In this document: one piece after another, positions 43,111 to 55,342 of the stretch
Numbering within the stretch: the stretch's first letter is position 1
Layout of the letters: every line of letters starts with the position of its first letter
Source of the DNA: Rebecca billardiae RCC1528
Taxonomy: Eukaryota > Protista > Haptophyta
Length of the DNA stretch: 64,000 nucleotides
Direction: 5' to 3'
Assembly: GCA_965240325.2 (NCBI GenBank)
Contig: OZ251244.1
Span: forward strand, 248,001-312,000
Program-made: the position numbers and the translations under genes
The notes under the pieces: model-generated
What the model saw: only the letters and a program-made list of their open reading frames with translations
Told to the model about the DNA's origin: nothing
Databases searched by the model: none

Positions 43111-45010
43111 GTCCTCGTCCTCACCGTCGGCGTCACCGCCGACCGGACGATGTCCGCCGCTTACCGCGGCGCCGTCACCATCACCCACGTACGCGCCACC
43201 GTCAGGTGCGCCCAGCGACGAGTGCCCCCCCTCGACCAGGTCGGTCTCGTCGATGCGTACGTCACGCAAGTGAAGAGACGTCCGTCGTCTACACGACATA
43301 CGTACCAGAGTACGTTGAAGCCACGGAGCTGCTCCGCGCGCGGCGCGCGCTGATCGCCGCCGCCGCTGCCTCCTCCGCCCTCGCAGCCAGTCGGTATCTC
43401 TCCGCCGTCTTGGCCGCCGCCACGATCCCCGCCGTCGCCACCGCCGCCTGAGCCAGGCGATGAGCTTCGTGCGTGGACGTGTGGGTGCCGCCGCCACCAC
43501 CGGGCGTACGACCACCTGGTTCGGTGCGCCCAGCGCCGCCGAGCCACTGCCGCGCGCTGCTGCGCGCACACACGCCGCACCGGCGTCCTGCGCCGTGCGT
43601 GTGCTTCCGACGCCTCAGCGTCGGGTCCCCACCTGCCGCCGAATGATCTCGGCCCGCAGCATGGAATCGAGCTGAACCTCCCGGCGTGGGCCGAGTGCCA
43701 TGCACTGCCCCGCCGTCACCCCGCACTCGCGCCTTGCGCGCGCGCGGATACCGCGACTCAAAGATCGCGCCAGCGCCGCCGTCTCGGCGGCACTGCCAGC
43801 TGCGCCTCGCGTCAGCTGCAGACGTAGTCTCGGCACCGCTGCGCCGCCCCGTCATGATCCCGCGCTCGCGCCTCGCGCGCGCGCGATTCCCGCGACTCAA
43901 CAGTCGCGCCAGCGCCGCCATCTCGGTGGCACTGCCAGCTGCGCCTCGCGTCAGCTGCCGGCGTAGGACCAGTGCCAAGCACTGCCCGCCGCCGTAACGG
44001 CGCTCGTGTCGCCAGATTCCACCCGGACGATTCCGATAGATCCGGGTGTGCCAACCGCCGGACCTGTGTCCAGTCCGGTCGTGCCAGCCGTGCCAGCCGG
44101 ACCGCAAAACCCAGTCCAGCTGCCAGCCGCCATCCGGTGCCCTAGACCACCGGACAGGTTGATGAGCCAGCCCCTCCGAGTAGATCGCCGAGCCCGCCGT
44201 CGCCGCCGTCAGCTGCCGTGCAGCCACCCGGCGCTCGGGGTGCGTGCTCGCGCCGATCGTGCCAGTAGCGCTGCTCAGTCATCCGCCGCTGCACGCAGTA
44301 GTTCTCCTGCACCAGCTGCATCCGCTCAGATCCAATCGTGAGCTTCCGGGAGGCTGTCGTGTCGGGCTCATCACCGACAGGTACTGTTCCTCCCAATCGA
44401 CGCGAAGTTCCGCGTCCGGGCCATGCGCGGAGATGATGCCGATGATCCCTGGCATCGTAGCGCCATGCCCCATCGAGAGCGTCGCCAGTTTGCCCGCGCT
44501 CTCGGCCAGGAACCTCTGCTGCATTCCATGCGACGCCAGAGTTCCTCGTTCCGCCCATCCTGCAACCGCGGCCGCTCGTGCCCATCAGCCCAATCGATGA
44601 GAAAGGACAGTGCGGACAACTCCCTCCCTGGGGTTGCTGCGCGCATATTGGGATTACCGCAAGCTCCGAGCGTCTCGAGCCCTGCTAAAAGCTCACCGCG
44701 CACGACAGGACGGACGCCACCGCGAGGATCACATGCCTCGCGATCTCATCAGCTCTCAAGCCTCTGAACCTGGCCCTTATTTCCGGCGCTCTTGCGCCGG
44801 GCCAAAACAGCGATCGAGCTCCGATCGCTCCTGGGCTCGGGGCGGTAGTATCATCGCCGTGCCGACTTACCCAGATTTTGCCGCGATCAGCCAATCGGCG
44901 ATCGCACCGTCCGTCCTGTTGCCGCTCAACTTTGTACCACTGCTTCTCGTCCATGTCCGGTGCTGCTCACCTGCTTTCCTTGGACAAATCCAGTGTACCA
45001 GCATGACGCC

Positions 45011-45570
45011 CGCGCTGCTCCGCGCTGCTCCGCGCTGCTCCGCGCTGCTCCGCGCTGCTCCGCGCTGCTCCGCGCTGCTCCGCGCTGCTCCGCGCTGCTC
45101 CGCGCTGCTCCGCGCTGCTCCGCGCTGCTCCGCGCTGCTCCGCGCTGCTCCGCGCTGCTCCGCGCTGCTCCGCGCTGCTCCGCGCTGCTCCGCGCTGCTC
45201 CGCGCTGCTCCGCGCTGCTCCGCGCTGCTCCGCGCTGCTCCGCGCTGCTCCGCGCTGCTCCGCGCTGCTCCGCGCTGCTCCGCGCTGCTCCGCGCTGCTC
45301 CGCGCTGCTCCGCGCTGCTCCGCGCTGCTCCGCGCTGCTCCGCGCTGCTCCGCGCTGCTCCGCGCTGCTCCGCGCTGCTCCGCGCTGCTCCGCGCTGCTC
45401 CGCGCTGCTCCGCGCTGCTCCGCGCTGCTCCGCGCTGCTCCGCGCTGCTCCGCGCTGCTCCGCGCTGCTCCGCGCTGCTCCGCGCTGCTCCGCGCTGCTC
45501 CGCGCTGCTCCGCGCTGCTCCGCGCTGCTCCGCGCTGCTCCGCGCTGCTCCGCGCTGCTCCGCGCTGCTC
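45011..45570 (+). repeat. (CGCGCTGCTC)56 minisatellite in the LTR
   Basis: Direct count. Confidence 0.95.
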
Positions 45571-48371
45571 CGCGCGCTCCGCGCTGCTCCGCGCTGCTCC
45601 GCGCTGCTCCGCGCTGCTCCGCGCGCTCCGCGCTGCTCCGCGCGCCCCGCGCTGCTCCGCGCTCCCGCGCCGCTGCGCCCGCGCTGCTCCGCGCCCGCGC
45701 CGCTGCGCCCGCGCTGCTCCGCGCTCGCGCGTCTGCTGCCGCGCGCGTCCTGGACGCGCGCGCTGCCAGCCACTGCTCCGCAGCAGCTGCTGCCGCCGGC
45801 CCGCCTGATGCGGCGCCAGCCCTGACACCCCAGCGGCAACGCCATCTGCTGAGATGCGTGCCCCAGACTGTGCCAGTTCATCCGCACTGCTGCTCTGCAG
45901 CAGCTGCGCCGCCGGTCTGCCTGCTGCAGCACCGGCCCTGACTCACCGCCGGCGACGCCATCTGCTGAGATGCGCGCCCCTGGCCTCGTCAGCTCAACAG
46001 CAATTCCACCGTAATTTTATTTGGGCGGGTTGCAACGGTTATGAATAAGTATGTTCGACGATATACCGTCATTTAGCCGCCATAACAAGTCGTTGACGTT
46101 TGGCTGAATCTGTATGTGACACAGTGGCGCAGCTGGCGCGCGCGCACGACCGCGTGACGGCACGCGGAGTCGGTTTTGCGTGCTTCTGACGGCTGGGCTG
46201 GGTTCCGGGACATATTTGTGGGTGCCTTCGCGAGCGCCTCGCTCGTCAGACACCTAAATCGCATAGTTGTCGAAAATCACAAATCAGTGGGCTGCTGTCA
46301 TGGACCCCCTAGATGGAGCACCGCCTCGGCCTGGGGCACGCGGCGGCGACGGCGATTGAACTTTCTTCAGGAATGCGCACCAGAAAAAGCCTTAACAACC
46401 CGCTGGAGATTCGCCGTCAAATCTCGAGCCGGCCCGCCACTGGCGGAAACGCCACGATGCGGGCCTTCTTCCTCGTCGACCGCACGTGCGCTCTCGCGAT
46501 CGTGCGACGAGCTGCGGGCAGATCGACCCGCTCTTCCTGATCGGATGCCGATATCACTCTCAGGTGCGCCAGCTCGCGAGCACGCACCTTCCTCCTCGCC
46601 GCGCTCGCCGAGCACGAGCCGATCTGCAGCAGATGTGCAAGGAGCCGCATGTGGCCTTCCTCGCGCGCGCGGCACGGCTGCACACAAAAATCGTTAGAGG
46701 GCACTTCTCCGCGCATTCTACATTTTCATTTTGGGGAAAGAACGCCTGAACTGCACAAAAAGTGCCCTCTAACGCTTCCGCTCCTCGCCGTTGCGTGCAC
46801 GCGCAAAGGAGCACTGCAAAGGGTGCGACTGGGAGCATTCCTTCTCCCGGGCGGCCACCACGGCCTCGGAGGTGGTGAGGAACGCGTCGGCGACCACGGC
46901 GTGGACCACCTCCGTCGCGCCGGACACTCCGGTCGCCCCTCGCCGGACTCCATCCTCGCTGCGCGCTGACCGTTTGCCGAGCGGGCTGCCCCGCCGCCTG
47001 CCCGACGTGTGCCCGCGTGGTGACACAAGATGGTCGAAGGCGTGGCAGCGCGGTGGTGCGTGCGATCGGGGGACCCCACCTGAGCTACGACACGGGCGCG
47101 CGCGCTCGTCCGTGCTCATCACGGTGGTGGACGCGCGCGTCACGCGCTCGTCGGCTGTCGCGCGCTGACTGACCGTTGGGCTGCATTTTGGTGTCTGCGG
47201 CGGCCACAGCTCGCCGGTACGGGCCCTATGGTGGCAGCGAGTGGTACGCGGCGTTGTACTAGGTCTGCGCACGCCACGCACGACGCTCGGCAGGCTCGCC
47301 CTCGGACCATTGGCTGAGCCCTACTCGCCGCGCGCGCCGCGCGCAGCAGCCGCTCGGCAGCTGCTCCGGGCGCGAAGCGCGCCCCGCGCGCTGCACGTGG
47401 GCGCGACGAGGTGGTGTAGCGAGCGTGCGCGAGTGTGTGCGCGTGATGGGCACCACCATGGCGCTACTTGCCATGCACATCTGCCTCTCGCCACGCCTTC
47501 GACACGATAGCTGCGACTGCTGCTCGGAGGTGCGCTCGAGCGCTCGCACACGTTTGAATCTGGGCTCGGTGGCGACCGCGTGGGCGAGGGGCAGCGCGGT
47601 GCACGGTGGCGGAGCGCGTGCGGAGCGGAGCCTACACCTCCTACACGCTCCATCCAGACACATCGCGCATGCTCGCGCGACCTCCTCGGTCCATCACGCA
47701 CGCGTGCGCGCGCGAGCAGGTTTGCAGCTGCCGGGCGCGAGCACGGCGCGCCGCGTTGGCGCGCGCGCACCGATACCCGTGCGCAGCTCGACGAGCGAGC
47801 GCGGTGTGTTTCGATGCGTATGGGGAGGCTCGAATTTACGCGCGCGCACGCGCCGGCCCTCGCCGCCCCTTCGCTCGCCCACGCCTCATCTGCGCGCTTG
47901 GCGTTTGCACGCAGCTGCTCATCCTTTCCAACACGTGCACAAACGAGCAGATGGCGCTGGGCGAGGTCGATTGGTGCGTCAGATATTCGGCAACGACCAG
48001 GCCCGCTTGTGTGCCGCCGCTCGTGCTACTCTCGACGACCACCTCTGGCTCGGTCGCGCGCACGAGGCTGCTCGCGGCCGAATCGTGCCGTGTACCGTCA
48101 AGCTGTACCGTGCGCGGCGAGGCGCATTCAGACGTCGGCGTGGGCTGGCATGCAATCGGCCAACAATCAGCGTCGACGAACGAGCATGTCGCGAGCATGG
48201 TTTGGCCCACTTCCTGGCGCGCACGAGCCGCTCCAAGGCGCGCAAGGGCGCATAACAGCCGTCGTGGCCGCCGACCCCATCTTGGGCCGCGCGGGTTGTT
48301 AAGGCTTTTTCTGGTGCGCATTCCTGAAGAAAGTTTAATCAGCATTTTGCCCGTTGCATACCACGTCGTTA

Positions 48372-48495
<124 letters not shown>

Positions 48496-48560
48496 GCATC
48501 CGTGCTACAGCTGAGTCGTCGCAGCGGCCCGCCTGCCCACGGCACCGCTCAGGGCTCCGC

Positions 48561-51267
48561 TCACCAGTCGTCGCTGCCGCCCTGCTGCTCGTCGCGCAGG
48601 TCGTCCTCCTCCTTGAAGAGCGGCATGCGCATTCCCCCCGACTCCTCGACGGGCCGGCCCGCGCGCATGGCGTCGGCGAGGCGGGTGGCGACCGTCTCGA
48701 GCCGCGAGAGCGCGGCGCGCTCCTCCTCCTGCACGCCGGGCAGCGCGCGCGCGCGCGGCAGGAAGCTTCCGAGAACGTTCGCCACGAGCTTGCCAAACTG
48801 GCGTCCGTACGCGCGCGCGAGCGGCGCGCCCGCCGCCTCGAGGAACGGCGCGAGCAGCACGGCGGAGACCTTGCGCGGCGGCTGGTTGAGCAGGCGGGCG
48901 AGCCACGCCCACGCGGCGGGCAGTCCGGTGCGCCTGCCGCCGTCCGGACGGCCGATTGGGATGGGCCCCTTGGCCGTGGCGGCGGTGGAGCAGTTGGAGC
49001 AGAGCTCGTGGGGGCCTCGGTCTGTGCACGCGCACCCTGCGGGCGGGCGCGCGCGGAGAGAGGCGCGGCGGTGGAGGCGCGCGGCGCGTCAGCCGGCCGG
49101 CCTCGCCGTGCACTCGCTGCGTGCACGCGCGCCCCGTGCGCGTGCCTCCCGCCTCCGAACGGGCACACGCGCGCGCGCGCGCGCGCGCGAGCGAGCGGCG
49201 CGCGGCGGCTGGGTGGGTGGGCGCGTGGCACGCGGGGTCGGGTGGCGCGGCGGCCTGGCGGCGCGCTTGCGCGCACCGAGGTCAAAGTCGATCCGGGCGC
49301 CGGCGCAGAGCAGCGCGGCGTGCAGCGCGGCGTACGCCGCCATCCGGTTGAAGTACTTGTCCTTCGCCTCCATCACCGCCGCCGCGCCCGGCCGCGCGGG
49401 CCGTATCGTTTGATACCCCAAAGATTCCTTCCAGCTCGCGTCTGACTGGCCGGCGCCGCGCGGCGGGTAGCAGGGCACCGTGTACGCGCACGCGTGGTGC
49501 AGCTCGGCGAGGGTGGCGCGCCAGAGCGCCGCGCCGAGCTCGCGCGGGAGCAGGTCCGCCACGCCCGCCACGAGCAGCCCGAGCGGCGCCGCGGCCGTCG
49601 GCGCCTTCTCGACGAGCACGGCGCCCTGGCCGACCACGCGCCGAGCGAAGTAACCGACGTGTAACGGCACCGGACTGGCGGGCAGCGGGTCGCCGGGCTC
49701 GGAGGCGGGCTCGGCGGGGCCCGCCTCGGGCGCGGGGACCGCGCGCAGCGCGGCGGCGACCTGCAGCGTGCGCTCGAAGATCACCTGCGCCGCACGCGCG
49801 GCGCGCGGGCGGCGCGCGCGGTGTGGGCGCGCGCGCGGCAAGCGGTGCGGTCGCGGGCTCGCGGCAGCCGGCGGCGGCGCGAGCGGGCGCGGCGCGCGCG
49901 GCGCGCGCGAGCGGGCAGCACAGCGCGCCGCGGCGCACCTTGTGCACCCTCGCCACCTGGTTCACGCGCAGGCTCAGCTCGCGCACGCACCGCGCCACCT
50001 CCGGACCGCCCCGGCCGTCGCCGTGACCGCCGCTGCCGAGCGCCGCGCCGAGTGCCGCCACCAGCCTTAGCGACGCGTCTCGCTCCGCGAGCAGAGATGG
50101 CTCGGGCGTGCGCGTGACGGCGGTGCGCGCGGGCGGCGGCGCGCCGCCCGCGCCGACGGCGCCGCCCGCCTGCGCAGCCGCGCCGCCGCCCATCGGCGCC
50201 GCGCTCGCCGCCGCCTCGGCCGCCGGCCGCGCCGCGGCGGCGCGCGCGGCCAACACGGCCACGTGGGTCTCGCGAGCGCCGGCCGCTACGGCCGCGTCCG
50301 CGGCGGCGGCGAGCGCGGCGGCGTCGGGCGGCGGCGCGGCGGCGAGCGCGGCGTCGAGCGCGCGGAGCGCGCCGAGCACGCGCCGCGCGTCCGCCACCAG
50401 CGTCGGCTCGAGCGGCTCGGTCGCCGCGGCGTGCGCCGCCACCGCCGCCTCGAGCGCGCTCGCCACCGCCCCGCCGGCCGCGCCGGCCGCGCCGGCCGCG
50501 CCGGCCGCGCCGGCGGCGGCAAAGTCGGGGCCTGGCGCGTCGGGCGCGGGGACGCCCTTGCACGCGGCGTCGAGCGCGGCGCGCAGCGTGCTCGCCGCCT
50601 CGATCCGCAGCTTGCGCAGCGCCGTGCTCGCGCCCTCCACCTCCGCGCCCGCCAGGCTAAACGCGCGCGCGCCCGCGAGCGCGGCTTCGAGCGCGCGCGC
50701 GTCGCGGCCCGCGCTCGCGGCGCGCAGCGCGGCGCGCGCGCGCTCGAGGGCGGCGGCGCGCTCCTCGTCGGCGCGCGCGGCCGCCGCCTGGCGCGCCGCC
50801 GCCGCCTCCGCCGCCGCCGCCGCCGCCGCCGCCGCGCGCGCGCGCGCCTCGCGCTCGCGCTCGCGGCGCGCGCGCTCGCGCGGCGCGGCCGCGGCCTCGG
50901 CCGCCTCCTCGGCGCGCACGGCGGCGAAGAGCGCGTCGGCGGCCTGCGCGTGCGCGAGCGCGTCCGAATCGAGGTCCGCGGCCACGCGCCGGCGCGCCGG
51001 CTCCGCGCCGCCCGCGCCCGCGCCGCGCGGCGGCGTGCGCTGCGGCGCCGGGCCGTGCGGCCGCGAGTGCGAGCGCGAGAGCGCGGCCGCGCGCGGCGAG
51101 AGGAGCGCGTCGGCGGCGAGCGCGGCGGCGGCGGCGGCGATGGCGGCGGTGGGCCGCGGGAGCGCCGGCTTGAGCCCGCCCTCCTCCCACCCGCCGCCGC
51201 CGCCGCCGCCGCCGCCTCGGCGCGCGTCGGCGGCGTCCTCGCGCTCGTCGTCGAGCGTGATGCGCAT
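48561..51267 (-). CDS. GLE1: mRNA export factor GLE1; exons 51267-49939, 49784-49277, 49021-48561
   Basis: Coiled-coil N-terminal half, then GLE1 domain motifs [40 protein letters not shown] and [21 protein letters not shown]. Confidence 0.88.
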
Positions 51268-51310
51268 GGCGGCCGAGCCGACAAGCGCCCGGTCGCAGTG
51301 CATCAAGTGA

Positions 51311-54300
51311 CAGTCCGGGTCAAGTGCACGCTTCGCGAGATCTGAGCCTCGCGATGGCGTCGGCCGGGATGCGGCCCCGCAGCCGACGCCCCTCGGCGGA
51401 GGGGGCGCGGCGCGGCGGCGCGAGCGAGGAGGCGGCGACGAGGTGCGCGCCTGCACGCACCGGTCGTGTGTGGCCCTGCTCCGCGCCTCCGCGGCCAAGC
51501 AGCTGCACTCCCTCGCCCGCCCGCCCGCTCGCGCGTGTGGCGTGCGCGCGCGGGGCGGCCGCGCACCCTCGCGGGGTCGCGCGCGCGTGGCACGGCCGAG
51601 GGCAGCCAGGCGGGCGCCGCGCGTGGGGGCCGTGCGTATGACCCCAAGAGCCATCGCGCGCGCCCGGGCCACCGAGCCGGATACGGCCGCGTTGCGATTT
51701 CCGCAACCGCCAGACACGCGCGTGCTCAGAACGGCGCCCCTCGGCCCCGCGCGCGCGCGCGACGCGCGCGCAGGGCGAGGGAGCGCCGCAGGGGCTGTTT
51801 CTGGCGCGGGCAAAGAGGGGCAGGTATAGCTGACTGCCACCATCTCTTCTGACCTGGCGGTGACGGTGGCAGGCTCGGCAGCGAGCTCGGCGGTCGGGTC
51901 GGCGGCTGTGCTGATGGCGGCGATGATGGTAGAGGGCTTGGTGGCGGAGATGTAGGCAGTGACGGTTGCGGGCTCGGCGGCGGGCTTGGTGGCGGCGACG
52001 TAGGCGGTGACAGTGGCGGGCTCGGCGACGGGCTCGGTAGCGGCGACGGTATGCAGCTGACCCGCCACCCACGGCCCGCGGCCGACGGGCCGCTTGCGGC
52101 TTGGCGGATGGCCAGAGAAGCAGACGGCCGGGCAGTCTGGGCGGCAGCGAGGGTGGTGGGGATGGACGCGGGCTCGGTGGCGGAAGCGGCAGAGGCGGGC
52201 TTGATCAGCGGGCTCGCGCGGCGGCTAGCATGGCTGGTTCGGCGCTGGCGATGGCGGTGGGAAGAGTCTGAAGGTCAAAGCCTCCTGGCCGGAGTAGCTC
52301 CGCGGGACTCCCTGCGTCACCACGGGAGGGCTGAGTTCGTGAGGGAGATCGATCGGCGTCATCACCAGGCGGTCGATCTGGTAGATCGAGTTCCACAGCA
52401 GGAGCTGACGCCGCATGTTGCATATTAGCAGTCACGTAACGACAACCGTATAGTAGCCGTCTACTATCGCGGCTGCATCACTATCGTCGCGTCATCGTCA
52501 TAATATCATTATTTTTATTCGATCGTCTCGCGGCCCGGCAGCGGGCAGCATCCTCAGGCTCAGCTTCACAGTCGGCTGACGACTTGGCAATCAATCCTTG
52601 ATAGATTGCGGTCCTTCGGCTGCGAGTGCCCGGCCAGCGCGCCCGGGGCCTGCTCCTGACGACACGCGACCTGAGACTGCCTGCCTGAGGCTCATGATGC
52701 TTATAATATTGCCGCATCCGAATGTTGGAGGCGCCCAGTGCGTGACGGCCGGTCGTTCTAGATAGATCCGCCGCACTAAGGCCGCACGGCCGGCCGCGGG
52801 GGTTCATTGCCATTGGGCCCGGCGGTGCGGGGCGGCACTGCCCGGCTGCCCACTGCTGACCCGAGGTCGCTCCGTCACGCGGCAATTTCAGGGATGCAAT
52901 TCGCGCGGGCGTGGCACGGGTCTCTGCCCGCGCGGCATGCAGGATGAGGTAAGGCTGCCTGATGTGACTGACGTGGACCACTGACCAGGCCGCGGGAGCG
53001 CAGTATATCGCTGACGCATCCCAGCAGAAACTTCAGGGGAACCCGACAATGACGGACTACTGATATGCTTCCACTGTAGCAGTGCTGCTCTACTTGCTCG
53101 TCATGAAGATCGACGACTCGTCGTGATCACTCGAGTCGTCAAGTGATAGTGATACGGACACCATATAGCCATCGCAGCACGCGCCGTTGCCGTTCGAATG
53201 CAGAATAAGTCGCACATTGTCCTGCTGCTGACGGAGCGCATACGGTACTGAATGGCTGCTGCCGTGCAGCATGCAGTAACGTCTGGTGCAGTAATTAGCA
53301 ACAGCCAGCACAGCAGGAGCTCAGATTGTGATGCTGGTACGCCGTATCATCAGCGCAGGCGCTTGTCCAAGTTGATGCTATTACTCGTCAACCGCGTCCT
53401 ACGCGGTTGACGAGTAATAGCCCGTGACGAACTCTGCTGACGATGAGTCACGACGATGAATAGCAGGGCGGATGATGATGCTGCTGTGATCCGTACTCGT
53501 ATAGGGATCTACGACACTTACAGCTAGCTACTCATGACGATCGGACAACGCTGGCGGAGCACTAGCAGCCTACGGTCGCTGAGTAGTCTAAGTCAGTTCA
53601 TCAAACTCGACCAGACTGGGCAGCGACGACCATCCCTCTCACGGACTCAGCCTTACTGAGGTGACGCAGCCATCCCGCAGAGCCCTGCTTCAGCATGTCC
53701 GGGCATCGGTGAGCCAGAGCCAAGCGGGTGGCCCGTGCGACAACATGGCAGCGTCAGCACCAACACCCAGAGCTTGGCCGCGCTGTGTCACCGCAAAGCT
53801 CTGACCGAGAGCGACAGTGACGCGGCGATCCCGCCGCCGCGCCGCCGCCTCAGCCGTCTCACAGCCCGTCTTCGTCGGGCCGCCGAACCGTCCACCGAGC
53901 CAGCCACCGGTCTCCACCATCACTGAGCCACCGCCCGCAGCAGTCTACGTCCCGGCCAAGGCGCAGGCATCGGCCCGGCGTTTGAGCCTGCCAGCACGCC
54001 GGCCAGCGCTCTGATGCCGCGCGTCCTCGATACTGGTTGCCGAGCTGTCGCGCTGCCGTGCCCGGCAAGACACGTGGATCCGCTGCCGAGCATTCACCAG
54101 CCTCCGAACCCGCGCACGCCTCCGACCGGGGCATGCATGCACCGTCGATCTACCCAGCCGGAAGCAGCTCGACAGCCCCGCTGTGTGGCGCGCCTGCCGG
54201 TACGTCCGCTGCCTGCTCGAGGGCGAGCGCGCACCGCCTCACCTGTCGACCACGACAGCACGCCTCGCGTGCACACTCTGACGGCGAGGCCCGGGATCCG

Positions 54301-55332
54301 GGCGGGCGATGGCACTACCCACGCCTCCGCCAAGTCTCGGCCTGGCCGAGGGGCGCAACACTGGCCGAGCCCTTGGCCCGGCGCGCCGCCGCCAGCCTGT
54401 GCTGACAAGCCCAAGCCGTGCGCGGCAGGCATGCACGTGAGAGCGGCGATGGGCGGCGTTGCGCGGCGCCAGGAGGGCCAGGGGCATGTCAGACTCGACT
54501 CCGCCGCGTCGCGCGCGGCCAAGCGCGCGCTCTGCACTAGGGACGCGCGACGCGAGGCGGGCGCTGCGCACGCACGCGGCCATCCCGACCAGCGTCAAAC
54601 GGGCGGCGCCAGCGGAGGGAGGTGGTGTCGTCAGACGAGAGCACCTCCCTCCGAACGAGAGCGCCTCCCAGTGGGAGGGACGTGCTCACGAGTACGAGTT
54701 CGGCTGTGCGCACTCTGTTCGCGCCGGCCGGCGGCGCACGGACAGACACACAGATCACGTCGGCTGGCAGCCAGCCGCTCTCTGACCAGGTCAGAAGAGA
54801 TGGTGGCAGTCAGCTGTACCTGCCCCTCTTTGCCCGCGCCAGAAACAGCCCCTGCGGCGCTCCCTCGCCCTGCGCGCGCGTCGCGCGCGCACGCGGGGCC
54901 GCGGGGCGCCGTTCTGAGCACGCGCGTGTCTGGCGGTTGCGGAAATCGCAACGCGGCCGTATCCGGCTCGGTGGCCCGAGCGCGCGCGATGGCTTTTGGG
55001 GTCATACGCACGCCCCCCGCGCGCGGCGCCCGCCTGGCCGCCCTCGGCCGTGCCACGCGCGCGCGACCCCGCGAGGGTGCGCGGCCGCCCCGCGCGCGCA
55101 CGCCACACGCGCGAGCGGGCGGGCGGGCGAGGGAGTGCAGCTGCTTGGCCGCGGAGGCGCGGAGCAGGGCCACATACGACCGGTGCGTGCAGGCGCGCAC
55201 CTCGCCGCCGCCTCCTCGCTCGCGCCGCCGCGCCGCGCCCCCTCCGCCGAGGGGCGTCGGCTGCGGGGCCGCATCCCGGCCGACGCCATCGCGAGGCTCA
55301 GATCTCGCGAAGCGTGCACTTGACCCGGACTG
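51311..55332. mobile_element. Foldback-type element with 547-bp TIRs (51311-51857 / 54786-55332) and a 3-bp TSD (TGA)
   Basis: The arms are reverse complements with roughly ten substitutions and no indels. TGA lies at 51308-51310 and 55333-55335. The interior has no transposase. Confidence 0.8.
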
Positions 55333-55342
55333 TGAGTCAAGG

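Larger units (their letters stand above)
40366..45999 (-). mobile_element. Degenerate Ty1/Copia LTR retrotransposon; LTRs 44646-45999 (5') and 40366-41379 (3'); TSD GCAAT
   Basis: The LTRs appear identical apart from minisatellite length. GCAAT lies at 40361-40365 and 46000-46004, and the PPT GAGGGGGGG abuts the 3' LTR. RNase H remnants are RSTGGCII...GSPVSWHS...LSSTEAEYVA and ADIMTK. No intact RT or IN. Confidence 0.9.
38268..46311. mobile_element. hAT-like TIR element with a 7-bp TSD (GATGGAG), non-autonomous
   Basis: 12-bp TIR TAGGGGGTCCAT / ATGGACCCCCTA. GATGGAG lies at 38261-38267 and 46312-46318. It carries a degenerate ORF (about 38521-39848) with no recognisable transposase. Confidence 0.8.
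38134..48368. mobile_element. TTAA-flanked TIR element (piggyBac-like, non-autonomous; about 2.2 kb without the nested insert)
   Basis: TTAA|CGACGTGG (38130-38141) and CCACGTCG|TTAA (48361-48372). A perfect 45-bp internal inverted repeat lies at 46359-46403 / 48291-48335. Confidence 0.65.

Noticed and set aside
44610-45941. ALLRAAPRCS / AEQRGAARSS repeat proteins
   Set aside because: They are translations of the 10-bp LTR minisatellite.
54014-55342. N-terminal 443 aa of the 1312-aa ORF (and the 51268-52068 extension of GLE1)
   Set aside because: This is read-through into the foldback element arms, and the same peptide appears on both genes.
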